DNA from: Candidatus Thorarchaeota archaeon
GTDB taxonomy: Archaea; Asgardarchaeota; Thorarchaeia; Thorarchaeales; Thorarchaeaceae
Length of the DNA: 64,000 nucleotides
Direction of reading: 5' to 3'
NCBI GenBank assembly: GCA_048884965.1
Contig: JBHLQH010000006.1
Coordinates: forward strand, 64,001 to 128,000
Under the pieces are notes generated by a model that was given only the letters and a program-made list of their open reading frames with translations, was not told the origin of the DNA and ran no database searches. Of the stretch, positions 1 to 10,361 are shown in pieces. Numbering within the stretch: the first letter of the stretch is position 1; each line of letters begins with the position of its first letter. Both the position numbers and the translations under genes were made by a program.

Positions 1-723
1 ATACTGAAGATTCCATTTCAACCATCGGTATCGATTTTTTCCAACACAATGGCCTTCTTAAGAATCACTTCGACGCAAGAAAAGAGAGAAGGTTTCTTCC
101 CTGATGCTTGACAACAGAGAAGATCTCTTCTAGCCGGTTAGACGAAATGAGGTCCACCATCTCTTCTATACTCAAGGCTCTTTGATTCTAAGTGCAGGAG
201 TGCACGAGTATCAAGGACTGTATACAGATGTTGCTGAGTGGTTTGGTCCTGATTCCTACCTGGAAGTGTGTAGGACCTCTTCTCAGCTACATACTTGACA
301 CATGTTGTCCCTCTGCATTTTCTTGTTTGTTCCTTAACTGGGATTAACTTTGACACCTCCGAAAATCACTTATTGATTGTGAAATAAGGCAGATTCTTGA
401 TATTCTTTGAGAATTGATAATGTAGATTAGATGCTATCCCTCGCAGTAGCCGAGCTGTCCAACCACGCTACGGTAATTCATCCATTCAGTCTGATCAATA
501 CTCCCCACCAGACATGAATGGAAAAAGTCCTTCATGCTGATGTGAGCAGAATCATCTTTTTCTGCATAATCAACACAATCCTAGTGATAGCCAGATTCCG
601 TATCTTTCCTGTTATAATAGTGCCGACCAACGCCAATTCACATTGCACACTTGGGTGGTTTCATTCACCGAAGTCTTATATCATTACATATCTCCGGAAT
701 CAGGATGCTTAGAGGCTACAAAT

Positions 724-1947
724 ATGAAACGCACGCTATCGATAGTACTACTGCTTTCTTTGTTTCTATGCAACGCAGCTTATCCCGTTGTTGCGGAAAC
801 AAGTCAAGGATTCGGTTGGAGCTATTCTGGGTATAATCGATATCACTTCTATCTTGACTATTGGACCGCAGCGGATGCTTTCGACTTTGGATTCTATGCG
901 GATGTGAATACTACTGGCATTGAGATTCCAGACCCTCTAACAAGCTGGGATATAATGCCTGATATACCAGTAGAGTACAATCTAACCGTGCCTGGAGATG
1001 GCGAATTAGATATCGTCGAAGCAATACTCGGTATATACGCATGGTCAATAGTTGTTCCAATAGGAAATTGGACTCATATGACTAACATTACAGAGAGTAG
1101 AACTCATACACAATTTGGAGAGGGTGTTATCTCTATACAGCCATTTGTGGATGTTGATGATGAGTACTACTGGGGATTCAACTATACATTTTCTAATTCG
1201 CAATATGACTATGAGGTTTATTCCAGATATTTCAAATCGGATGGAGTACTCTCTTCATGGTTGTTCATTGGATATGATGGATCTGATGGAAGTCTATTCG
1301 GTCTCATTGATGTCAGACGTGATGGAACACCACCAACGACGACCTATCCAACAGACATGATCATCGAGTCAGGCTCGGTAGGAAACGAGCTGACATGGAG
1401 TGTATATGATGACAGTTCAGGTTACTATATGGTCTATCTCGATGATGTCAGTTTTCTCAATGGCACTTTGAATGGTGGTGACGTGAATGTCACAATTACT
1501 CTAGACGATCTTGAATTAGGTGTCCATCGATTCAATGCTACCTTCTATGATGCTGGCGGGAACAGTACATTCGACATTGTCTTGGTAGAGGTCGTGGATA
1601 CAACTGCACCGTCGATTGACTCACCTGATGACGTATCATATCAGGAAGGAACTGAAGGTCATACTATTCAATGGAGTCCATCTGATGTCAATCCTCTCAA
1701 CTATGAGATATATCTCGATGGTGTACTCATATTGGAATCTGCTTGGGATGGAGGTCAAATTACCTTCGATATCGATGGATTGACGATGGGTGCATACACA
1801 TACACTATCGTGGTCTATGATGTTAAAGGCCATTCAGTAACTGATGACGTTATTGTTGAAGTGACAATATCGACACTGACCTTAGGCGTTATTGGTGGAG
1901 GAACTATCGTTCTTCTTGGAGTCGCAGTAACGTTGAAGCGAAGATAA
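724..1947 (+). CDS. Secreted/cell-surface protein with two Ig-like repeats and a C-terminal membrane anchor
   Basis: Start moved from the ORF-track 643 to ATG 724 (MKRTLSIVLLLSLFLC, signal peptide). Two similar units (DGTPPTTTYPTDMIIESGSVGNELTW / DTTAPSIDSPDDVSYQEGTEGHTIQW). C-terminal TM helix ending KRR. Confidence 0.75.
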   Translation: MKRTLSIVLLLSLFLCNAAYPVVAETSQGFGWSYSGYNRYHFYLDYWTAADAFDFGFYADVNTTGIEIPDPLTSWDIMPDIPVEYNLTVPGDGELDIVEAILGIYAWSIVVPIGNWTHMTNITESRTHTQFGEGVISIQPFVDVDDEYYWGFNYTFSNSQYDYEVYSRYFKSDGVLSSWLFIGYDGSDGSLFGLIDVRRDGTPPTTTYPTDMIIESGSVGNELTWSVYDDSSGYYMVYLDDVSFLNGTLNGGDVNVTITLDDLELGVHRFNATFYDAGGNSTFDIVLVEVVDTTAPSIDSPDDVSYQEGTEGHTIQWSPSDVNPLNYEIYLDGVLILESAWDGGQITFDIDGLTMGAYTYTIVVYDVKGHSVTDDVIVEVTISTLTLGVIGGGTIVLLGVAVTLKRR

Positions 1948-1975
1948 GTCACTTGATGATTACAAAAAAGCTGGA

Positions 1976-1998
1976 AGGGAGTGTTCGAAGCACTCCCT
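1976..1998. terminator. Hairpin between convergent genes, probable bidirectional terminator
   Basis: AGGGAGTG-ttcgaag-CACTCCCT, 8-bp stem, with an A-tract upstream and a T-rich tract downstream. Confidence 0.55.
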
Positions 1999-2106
1999 AT
2001 CGAGATATTCTTTTCTTCTTCTTATTGTGGATTAAGGAACAAAGAAAGAGCCATAGCGTTGAAATTCAGAGTATATATTCCTTGGTAGTTTGCGGATATG
2101 ATATAC

Positions 2107-3918
2107 CTATGCACCCAATCTATGTCTAGCTCGAAATCTCTCGATTGCTTCAGGACCTGTTCGCCCAAATCGCTGATCCAGTTCTTCCTTTGCTATACGA
2201 ACAATGGTTGGTCTTCCATGAGCACAGTTATGCTTGCCTTCTGTTTCCCATAGTTCAGCAATGAGCCTGCGTGCTTGCTCATGACCTATCTTCTGTCCGG
2301 AACGGATGGCAGCATGACAAGCTGTCACTTTGACAAGCTCATCCATGAACTGCTCAACGGCAACACTCTTCCCAAGATCGAGGATCCTATCAACAAGAGC
2401 TATCAGTTCATCCTCTGTGGCTCTCTTGCCAAGAATTTCAGGAAGCGTGGATACTAGGACTTCGTTCCCCCCAAAGCTCCCGATTGTGTATCCGAGCTTC
2501 TCAAGAGTTTCATCAAGAGCGAGAATCCTTTCTGCTTCATTGAGCCCAAGCTTCAGTACAATAGGCTCAAGTAGCTCTTGAACAACAGCATTGCCTTCAT
2601 TTACTTGATTTCGAAGCTTCTCATAGAGAATACGCTCATGTGCGGCATGCTGGTCTACAAGGACAAGTCCATTTTCAGTGGCAATCACTATGTATACCAT
2701 ACTGACTTGTCCAAGGATATTGAAGATCTTCCCGATTTCCTCTATATCCAATTCAGCGACATTTGATGGGACAGGTTCTACTAACATAGTTTCCTCTAGA
2801 AGTAATGCTCTTCCTTCAGACCTTGCACTCGCTGCATCTGGAAAGATGCTTGCTTCTTTGTTTGCGATCTCCTCAGACTCAACAAGGTCTTCTAGTGATT
2901 CTGAGAGAACTGCTGGTTCCACATTCTTCAATGATTCCTTGATGACTGAGCCAAGGATATCGCGAACTTTCTCGAAATCCTGAATCCGCACCTCTCTCTT
3001 TGTTGGATGCACATTTGCATCTACCTTCTTGACATCTAATTCGATGTCCAATACAAAAATGGGATATCTTCCTTTCATCAATAATGTAGAATATGCGGAT
3101 TCGACCGCCTTACTTAGCATGTAGTCCTCGATTGGTCGTCGTCTTACTGAGAAGAACTCTCTCCCTCGGTTACCTCGTGAAATGGATGGGTCCGCAATGA
3201 ACCCCTTGATGGTGACTCCATTCGTGTAATTGATTTCTATAAGGCTGGCCGCAGTATCAGGTCCCCATAATGCTAGAACGCGATCATGGGCTGATTGGTT
3301 ACTAGGACAATCAAGAATCACATTCCCATCTCTAGAGAACATGAATCCAATATCATTACGAATGATTGCATGCTTCATCACTACATCAAGGACTCTCTGA
3401 CTCTCAATTCTAGGATCCGAGAGGTGTTTCCTCCTAGCTGGGATTCTCTCAAAGAGCTCTCTGACTTCCACCCTTGTTCCTGGAGGTCTTGCTGCATCTG
3501 TAACATCAGGTATCTGACCCGCTCGTGATTTTATTCGTGCACCCATATCCTGGTTTTTATGTCGCGTAATAATTTCCAAATCCGCGACAGCCGCGATACT
3601 TGCAAGGGCTTCCCCTCTGAACCCATAGGTGAGTATCTTGTCGATATCCTCTCGTCGAGAGATCTTGCTTGTAGAATGTCGAATAGTAACGACTGGAGTA
3701 TCTTCCTTCAGGATGCCTTCTCCGTTATCAGAAACTATGATTGACTCAATGCCACCCTTAGCTATTTGAATCTCAATATTGGTTGCGCCTGCATCCAAAG
3801 CATTCTCGATGAGTTCCTTCACGATTGAAGAGGGATTCTCGATTACTTCTCCTGCAGAGATTAACGTCACCAGTGAATCATCGAGAACTTTAATTCTTCC
3901 CATCTGCAGGTCCCTCAT
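2107..3918 (-). CDS. mutL: DNA mismatch repair endonuclease MutL
   Basis: GHKL motifs KELIENALDAGA, DNGEG, GFRGEAL; VDANVHPTK; endonuclease motifs DQHAAHERILYE, ACH, CAHGRP. Start may be 3903 (MGRIKVL). Confidence 0.97.
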   Translation of the reverse strand: MRDLQMGRIKVLDDSLVTLISAGEVIENPSSIVKELIENALDAGATNIEIQIAKGGIESIIVSDNGEGILKEDTPVVTIRHSTSKISRREDIDKILTYGFRGEALASIAAVADLEIITRHKNQDMGARIKSRAGQIPDVTDAARPPGTRVEVRELFERIPARRKHLSDPRIESQRVLDVVMKHAIIRNDIGFMFSRDGNVILDCPSNQSAHDRVLALWGPDTAASLIEINYTNGVTIKGFIADPSISRGNRGREFFSVRRRPIEDYMLSKAVESAYSTLLMKGRYPIFVLDIELDVKKVDANVHPTKREVRIQDFEKVRDILGSVIKESLKNVEPAVLSESLEDLVESEEIANKEASIFPDAASARSEGRALLLEETMLVEPVPSNVAELDIEEIGKIFNILGQVSMVYIVIATENGLVLVDQHAAHERILYEKLRNQVNEGNAVVQELLEPIVLKLGLNEAERILALDETLEKLGYTIGSFGGNEVLVSTLPEILGKRATEDELIALVDRILDLGKSVAVEQFMDELVKVTACHAAIRSGQKIGHEQARRLIAELWETEGKHNCAHGRPTIVRIAKEELDQRFGRTGPEAIERFRARHRLGA

Positions 3919-5510
3919 AGAGTTCCTGAGGAGTAGACAACCTCTCCTCCCATCATGGTCATCTCGATTTCTATCTCGTTTATTCTCTGTGGAGGGGTAG
4001 ACAGAATATCGCTGGAAAGTACGACAAAATCCGCTCGATTACCAACTTTGAGACTGCCAACAGTATTCTCTAAGAACGAAGCGTACGCACTCTCAGTAGT
4101 ATAACACCTCAGGGCTTCTTCGACAGTTATTCGAACATTTGGATTTGGATGTGTCGTAGCCGCATATATCCCGTATAGTGGGCCAAGAGGCATTCCATCT
4201 GATCCAAAGCACATCCTTGCACCATTATCTAGAGCAATTCGAAACATATTCATACTCTCGACTCTTTCAGCATCAAATCTTTGATCATAGAGTCCTCCTT
4301 CCATTTGCCAGTTGGCAACGAAATTTGGTTGCATGGAGAGAATGATGCCAAGGGAAGCAGCTCTTCGTATCTGATCTTCTGATATCATTTCAGCATGCTC
4401 GATCCGATGTCTCTGTGTTTTTACAAGTTCCTTTTCTGTTGGAGGCAGATCCTCGAAGGCGGTAAGGATCATCTCTATCGCTCTATCGCCAATGGCATGT
4501 GTCACAGTCTGAAGTCTGCCATCTATTGCTTTCTTGAGGATTGACAACATCTTCTTCTTTGCTACAAGAAGCATTCCCAAGTTTTCCTTCTGACGATTAT
4601 ATGGCTTGGATACAGCTGCAGTCCCCGCACCGATTGAACCATCAGTGAATATCTTGACTCCCCCGATACGTGTTAGAGGCGTCCCCATTCCTGTTGTTAT
4701 CCCAAGCTTCAAGAGATGATTCATTTGCTCAAGTGGAATATTCACTACGATGCGAGAATAGAGTCTGTCATGATGCTCTACCTCACGAATCTCTCGCAGG
4801 TACCCATCTGCAACATTATCTATTGCTGTCGTGATTCCGAAAGATGCTGCGATCTTTGTTCCCGCAATGACACCGTCCTGTATTTCTTTGGATGTGACAC
4901 GTAGATTATCGTACATACCATCCACGTCTTTCAGAACGCCTGTTGGAGTTCCTTTCTTATCACGCTCAACACCCTCGTGCTTCAAATCGACTCCGATTTT
5001 CTCCAGTCCAATTGTGTTCACTGAGATGAGATGCCCATCAATTCGAATAGCCGCTACGGGTTGCTCCTTGCGAACTTTATCAAGGTCCTTTGATGTTAGA
5101 TAACGTTTCGTTTCCCAGTTGCTCTCATCAAATCCCCAACCAATGACCCAACCCTCAGGGTTCTTATCGTCAGCAAATGACTTCAGCAGATTGACAGTAT
5201 CTTCTGGTGATGTCGCCGAAGTAAGGTCTGCCTGAATAGACCGAATACCTGTACTAGTGAGATGGGTGTGCGCATCTACAAAACCTGGTATGATAGTCTT
5301 TCCGCCTAGATCCATCACTCTCTTAGCTGTTGGTAGGAGGTCCATCACATCATCATTATCCCCAACAGCAATTAGCTTGAAGCTCTTCACAGCTAACGCA
5401 GATGCATTTGGCTTTTCAGGATCCATTGTATGAATGTTGGCATTGACAACAACTAGATCTGCCTCGACCTTCACCTCGATTCCTTCCCCGTTGTATCCTT
5501 CATTACTCAC
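3915..5510 (-). CDS. Amidohydrolase-3 (YtcJ-like) metal-dependent hydrolase
   Basis: PGFVDAHTH, KIFTDGS, HAIGD, RIEHA, FGSD, G-RADFVVL motifs. Confidence 0.9.
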   Translation of the reverse strand: MSNEGYNGEGIEVKVEADLVVVNANIHTMDPEKPNASALAVKSFKLIAVGDNDDVMDLLPTAKRVMDLGGKTIIPGFVDAHTHLTSTGIRSIQADLTSATSPEDTVNLLKSFADDKNPEGWVIGWGFDESNWETKRYLTSKDLDKVRKEQPVAAIRIDGHLISVNTIGLEKIGVDLKHEGVERDKKGTPTGVLKDVDGMYDNLRVTSKEIQDGVIAGTKIAASFGITTAIDNVADGYLREIREVEHHDRLYSRIVVNIPLEQMNHLLKLGITTGMGTPLTRIGGVKIFTDGSIGAGTAAVSKPYNRQKENLGMLLVAKKKMLSILKKAIDGRLQTVTHAIGDRAIEMILTAFEDLPPTEKELVKTQRHRIEHAEMISEDQIRRAASLGIILSMQPNFVANWQMEGGLYDQRFDAERVESMNMFRIALDNGARMCFGSDGMPLGPLYGIYAATTHPNPNVRITVEEALRCYTTESAYASFLENTVGSLKVGNRADFVVLSSDILSTPPQRINEIEIEMTMMGGEVVYSSGTL

Positions 5511-5538
5511 ATATCATTCTTGCTGTAGAAATACCCGC

Positions 5539-6186
5539 CTATTTGCTCTTAACCTTCTCCCAATCCTTGAGGAACTTCTGGATTCCGATATCCGTCAGTG
5601 GATGGTTGACCATCTTGTCAAGGACTTCTGGAGGGATAGTAGCGATATCTGCACCAAGGAGCGCAGCCTCGTAGACATGGATAGGATGACGAATGCTTGC
5701 GACGATGATTTCCGTGGCGTATCCATAGTTTGTGTATATCTCTGCAGTATCCGCAATCAGTTGCATACCAGTCTGCCCAATGTCATCGAGCCTCCCGATG
5801 AAGGGGGACACAAAGGTAGCACCTGCCTTTGCAGCAAGCAATGCTTGGTTAGCGCTGAAGCATAAAGTGACGTTTGTCTTGATTCCCTCGTCTGCCAGCA
5901 CTTTCACTGCCTTCAAACCTTCCCAAGTCAATGGAATCTTGATTGCTGCATTGTCAATCCAGCCATTCAATTCACGTGCTTCTTTTAACATCCCTTCAGC
6001 ATCCTCGGAGATGACCTCTAGGCTGATTGGACCTCTAACGAAAGATGCGATTTCATTGATGACTTCTCTGAAATCACGTCCTTCCTTTGCTACGAGGGAG
6101 GGATTAGTTGTAACTCCATCCACCATTCCTCTCTCATGTGCTTTCCTGATTGCATCAACATTAGCTGTATCTATGAAGAATTTCAT
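5539..6186 (-). CDS. tal: Transaldolase (TalC/FSA small type)
   Basis: [14 protein letters not shown], Schiff-base [25 protein letters not shown]. Confidence 0.93.
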   Translation of the reverse strand: MKFFIDTANVDAIRKAHERGMVDGVTTNPSLVAKEGRDFREVINEIASFVRGPISLEVISEDAEGMLKEARELNGWIDNAAIKIPLTWEGLKAVKVLADEGIKTNVTLCFSANQALLAAKAGATFVSPFIGRLDDIGQTGMQLIADTAEIYTNYGYATEIIVASIRHPIHVYEAALLGADIATIPPEVLDKMVNHPLTDIGIQKFLKDWEKVKSK

Positions 6187-6270
6187 ATTGATTTCCTCAG
6201 ACTGTGTTATGACTCTTGGTCAGATGCTGGGGAGTTATATATTACGTTGTCTATCTGGCTGATGCGGCAG

Positions 6271-6927
6271 TCATTTGCATGATTCTCGTAGGTCTCTTAT
6301 TGCTTGAGCAATATCAGTGGCTTTGAAGACCGCTGATCCTGCCACAAAGAAATTCGCTCCCTCTGACCAAAGTTTTCCTATGGTTGCTTTGTCAACACCA
6401 CCATCTACTGCGATATGTACACTAGGTTTGTATTCGTCAAGAATCTCTCTAAGTCGTCTTACCTTTCGTAATGATGACTTGATGAACTTCTGTCCTCCAA
6501 ATCCAGGACAGACACTCATTAGCATGACTGCATCGAGTTTGTCAAGTAGCGGGATTACCCAATCCACTGGTGTCCCGGGATTCAAAGTGATTCCTGCCTT
6601 AACTCCGAGATCAGTGATTAGTTGAAGACTACGATATACATCATATGGAGCTTCGATATGGGGATAGATAAGATCGACTCCTGCTTCAACGAATGCTGGG
6701 ATATATTTGTCAGGATTCGTGATCATGAGGTGGGCATCAAGAGGTACCTTTGTTATTTTCTTCATAACGGATGCGATCATAGGTCCGTATGAGATGTTTG
6801 GTACGAAATGTCCATCCATTATATCCAGATGGAAGTAGTCCGGCTCTCCTTTCTCTGCCTTTTTAATGTCCTCTTCAAGTCTAGCAAAATTCGCAGAAAG
6901 AATCGAAGGTGCGATTATCGGATCCAT
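6271..6927 (-). CDS. rpe: Ribulose-phosphate 3-epimerase
   Basis: IAPSILSANF, HLDIMDGHFVPN, DAHLM, MSVCPGFGGQKF, VDGGV. Start moved to ATG 6927, which has an SD-like GAGGT; the longer ORF runs through the upstream terminator. Confidence 0.95.
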   Translation of the reverse strand: MDPIIAPSILSANFARLEEDIKKAEKGEPDYFHLDIMDGHFVPNISYGPMIASVMKKITKVPLDAHLMITNPDKYIPAFVEAGVDLIYPHIEAPYDVYRSLQLITDLGVKAGITLNPGTPVDWVIPLLDKLDAVMLMSVCPGFGGQKFIKSSLRKVRRLREILDEYKPSVHIAVDGGVDKATIGKLWSEGANFFVAGSAVFKATDIAQAIRDLRESCK

Positions 6928-7020
6928 GTATTGAACCTCTTGGTACACAATCATGTTCCACAGATATGATGTGTTATTTAAGGTTCTCTCAAAGATTGTC
7001 TGAATCCAAAAGAAAAGGAA

Positions 7021-7042
7021 AGGAGCCATTCAATAGGCTCCT
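7021..7042 (-). terminator. Hairpin plus U-tract after the ABC permease
   Basis: AGGAGCC-8nt-GGCTCCT, followed on the minus strand by TTCCTTTTCTTTT. Confidence 0.6.
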
Positions 7043-7048
7043 ATCTGC

Positions 7049-8686
7049 TTAATCCTGTAGCAGCCTACCAACCGTCCTATAAGCAATCCCTACTAACCCA
7101 ATAGCCACTAGGAATTGAACTATTAGACATAGGACATGCCATCCTGTAAGGATCATCGTAAGTCCATATGCGATAAGAGGAACGATACCCACAATTCCGG
7201 CTATTGCTCCAGACATCATAACCATTGCAGTATCCGAAGTCATGTTGATAGCAACCGCTCGTCCTCCACCCCGCTTCCAGTATGTAACTCCTCCAACAAA
7301 GAGACTGATTGCATACCCTGCTGGTATCTGAGCAAGTGGTATCAAGATTAGGAGAGGTGTGAAGAGAGGCTGAGCAGCAATTATGATAGCCATCATCACT
7401 AAGCTAAATATGTAGATAGGGAATGCAATAGCCGTCTTTGCTGTCAAAGTCTTCTTTGTACTCTGAGGGAGGCCTTCCTGTATGGATGCGCCTTGAGAAT
7501 CGAACATCAGGATTGAAACGACAGAGATTCCTGCAAATAGATTGGCGTATTCAGACGCTACTAGAGCAGTCATGCTTCGTACACCTCCACCCCACATCGC
7601 GATCATTGGGTACATCATAAATGCTAGGAAGAGCGGAATTATAAAGACGAATGCAGAACCAACATTTTTCGATGCAAGCTTCAGATCCTTTTTCACAAGT
7701 GCTTTAATTGGACTGCTGACCTCGAGCTTGACTGCACGAAGCAGTCCGACACGACCTTCTGTAGAACCACCGACACTGACTTCTCGGAGCACCGAGCCAG
7801 CACTACGAAATGACCTGATTGCGAGGAAAGTGTAGGCTCCTATAGCAATTGTGCCGATCACGAGAGTTTCTATTCCCAATAGATTTCCATAAGTGGTGAA
7901 TGATGATACGAATCCAAACGAGAAGGGATAGATTAGTGATAGTAACCAATATGCAGCTGGACCGATTGAGGTAGCTACTGAGATTATGATGGCCACAACT
8001 TCGATCATTATATTGCTAATCATATATACACTGAGAAATCCTAGGACCAGACCAAAGGTTGCTGCCAGTCTGATAAATGTCGATGAACGCGATTCATCTG
8101 CTGAATGAGTTTTTTTATGGAACCATTTTGCAAAGCCCAGCAGAGCTCCCATTGATATTCCTACGGTTGCTGTACATCCAATCAATGCAACGAGGGCAGT
8201 TACTGGTCCAAATAAAATCAATGCGAAAACTGGATACATCGTGATAAGCAATACTGCTGGTGCTACAAAAACGCGTGCGAATGAGAGGATCGATAGTTCC
8301 TCAAGTGCAGATTTAGATAGGGGCAAGTTGGCAGGTAAACGCATCGCTCCTGAAACAAAGAATCCTGTGGTCGTAGTTAGATTGAGAAAGAAGAGGATTA
8401 CAAAGCTCATTAAAAGGTAAATCCCATAACCTATAGCCATTCGCACTTCCGGATTCCCAACCTCAGTATCAAAACCAACGACTCCAATTGTGAGTGCCGT
8501 AAGAGTCACCACAAGAAATGCCGAGATTATGACATTGAATCTCGATGAAGATCTGATTTGCTTAGCAATCTTCTCAGGATTCTCTTTAATCCTAGCAAGA
8601 TTTGTTGGATTTGTTTCCAAGAATCCTTTGAACCTGACCTCAGTTGCGATGATACCTGCTAACCGCCATCGCTCTGAGAACTTCAA
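7049..8686 (-). CDS. ABC-2-type exporter permease (multi-TM)
   Basis: About 12 hydrophobic segments; 4-bp overlap with the upstream ABC ATPase gene. Confidence 0.75.
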   Translation of the reverse strand: MKFSERWRLAGIIATEVRFKGFLETNPTNLARIKENPEKIAKQIRSSSRFNVIISAFLVVTLTALTIGVVGFDTEVGNPEVRMAIGYGIYLLMSFVILFFLNLTTTTGFFVSGAMRLPANLPLSKSALEELSILSFARVFVAPAVLLITMYPVFALILFGPVTALVALIGCTATVGISMGALLGFAKWFHKKTHSADESRSSTFIRLAATFGLVLGFLSVYMISNIMIEVVAIIISVATSIGPAAYWLLSLIYPFSFGFVSSFTTYGNLLGIETLVIGTIAIGAYTFLAIRSFRSAGSVLREVSVGGSTEGRVGLLRAVKLEVSSPIKALVKKDLKLASKNVGSAFVFIIPLFLAFMMYPMIAMWGGGVRSMTALVASEYANLFAGISVVSILMFDSQGASIQEGLPQSTKKTLTAKTAIAFPIYIFSLVMMAIIIAAQPLFTPLLILIPLAQIPAGYAISLFVGGVTYWKRGGGRAVAINMTSDTAMVMMSGAIAGIVGIVPLIAYGLTMILTGWHVLCLIVQFLVAIGLVGIAYRTVGRLLQD

Positions 8687-9462
8687 TCTGATAACGCCCT
8701 CCTGAGGGTATCAACACCGATTGTTACATCCTGCTCCTCATCTGTGAGTCGTAGGAAGATATTCTCAAGAGTTTCACTCTCATCCTGTGATTGTGACCGT
8801 AGTTCTGCTAGTGTACCCATTCCAACAAGGATGCCATCATCAATGATAGCTACTCTATCAACTAATCCCTCCGCCACCTCCATGATATGTGTAGAGAGCA
8901 GAACCGCTCCACTATTCTCTACATGGATCTTAATGACATCTTTCATGATCTTAGTTGTGCGAACATCGAGACCTGAGAAAGGCTCATCGAGAATCAGAAG
9001 CTTTGGCGCATGCATCATCGCTGCAATCAACATTGTCTTCTGCTTGTTCCCTTGACTCAGTGTAGCTATCAGGGTATCATAGTATTTCTCAAAATCAAGA
9101 GCTCTGACCATCTCAGATATTCGCTTTGACATCCTTTCATCATCCAGCTCACGAATGCTGGCAATGAAATTGAACAACTCACGCGGAGTGAGCGAATCAT
9201 AGAGCTGTACATCTTCAGGCACATAGCCAACAACTCTCTTTACGCCAATTGGATCTTCCTTCGATGAGATCGAGAACACTTCAGCGCTTCCGCTATCTGC
9301 ATCGAGCAAACCCATTATGACCTTGATTGTTGTAGATTTCCCAGCACCATTGGGCCCTAAGAGAGCGAAAATCTCGCCTTCTCTAACCTCGAAGGATACA
9401 TCGTTTACTGCGACCAGATCGCCATATGACTTGGTCAGATTCTTTACATCAACAGCAGTCAA
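8683..9462 (-). CDS. ABC transporter ATP-binding protein
   Basis: Walker A GPNGAGKST, signature LSQGNKQK, Walker B LILDEP, STH switch. Confidence 0.95.
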   Translation of the reverse strand: MTAVDVKNLTKSYGDLVAVNDVSFEVREGEIFALLGPNGAGKSTTIKVIMGLLDADSGSAEVFSISSKEDPIGVKRVVGYVPEDVQLYDSLTPRELFNFIASIRELDDERMSKRISEMVRALDFEKYYDTLIATLSQGNKQKTMLIAAMMHAPKLLILDEPFSGLDVRTTKIMKDVIKIHVENSGAVLLSTHIMEVAEGLVDRVAIIDDGILVGMGTLAELRSQSQDESETLENIFLRLTDEEQDVTIGVDTLRRALSD

Positions 9463-9715
9463 CTTTCTTAAACCTCATATTTCTGTATCTAATCATGTTA
9501 CTCTGTGTTGCAAAGTGCTTTGCAATCATATAAACCTTGTAACCAGCGCAACATTAAGACATACCCTACTAGGGGCCAAACCGATATTATTCCTTCAACC
9601 TTGACCAAGCTGTCAATGATTGTTGACATGATTATTTCATCTGATTGACACAAATGTTATCTTAGTTCGAAAGGATTCTAATCTTGGTTATGATGGGTAG
9701 CGGAGATGTATTTCC

Positions 9716-10345
9716 TTGAATGACGATGAGCGATACGCAATATATTACGGACTTCTCCTGCAAGGAGGTATATCTTCGATTTTCGGATTCATCGGATTCC
9801 TTCAAGGACAACCCTACGTTTCGGATGAATTGGCTCAGTTGTATTTCACCGTTCCTCTCGCAATTGGATTGACTTCTTTCATACTGGGGATACTCCTTTT
9901 CATCCTCGTGAGGATTAGAGAGGAACCCTTGATTCCTAGATTTCCTAGAGATATCGGAGAGTATCTTCTTGTCTGTGGAATTGGAGGAGAGCTGTATCTA
10001 TCCCTAGCACAGATGACTCCTGAATGGTTCTCATTAGTCCTATATGTTCCAATAGTGGCAGTGTTTCTTTCAAGTTTGATACTCCTACTAAGGGCTGACG
10101 TTTTTCGAATTGTTTCTGGATCTACGGATTATACAAAACTACTTTTCAACATGGGATTAGTCATAATTGTATGTTCTATACTCCTGGATATAGGCTCCAT
10201 TGGAGGATTCATTCTGGGCTTACCCAATCAGACCACCATGACCTTTGCATATCTAAATGGTATTCTATTCCTGACTCTGGGATTTCTTACAAGAATCCAC
10301 AGAGACAGGTATTCCAAGGAGCAGGCTAAGTTACAGCTAGACTAA
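9716..10345 (+). CDS. Hypothetical integral membrane protein (~6 TM)
   Basis: Alternating hydrophobic segments; fills the space between flanking genes; no recognised motif. Confidence 0.6.
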   Translation: MNDDERYAIYYGLLLQGGISSIFGFIGFLQGQPYVSDELAQLYFTVPLAIGLTSFILGILLFILVRIREEPLIPRFPRDIGEYLLVCGIGGELYLSLAQMTPEWFSLVLYVPIVAVFLSSLILLLRADVFRIVSGSTDYTKLLFNMGLVIIVCSILLDIGSIGGFILGLPNQTTMTFAYLNGILFLTLGFLTRIHRDRYSKEQAKLQLD

Positions 10346-10361
10346 CACCTGCATAAGTGAA

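Noticed and set aside
1-712. Short ORFs 138..356 (-) and 518..712 (+), or an RNA gene in this gap
   Set aside because: No recognisable motifs, and the frames I checked are interrupted; no tRNA cloverleaf seen. Could be a decayed gene, but that is unsupported.
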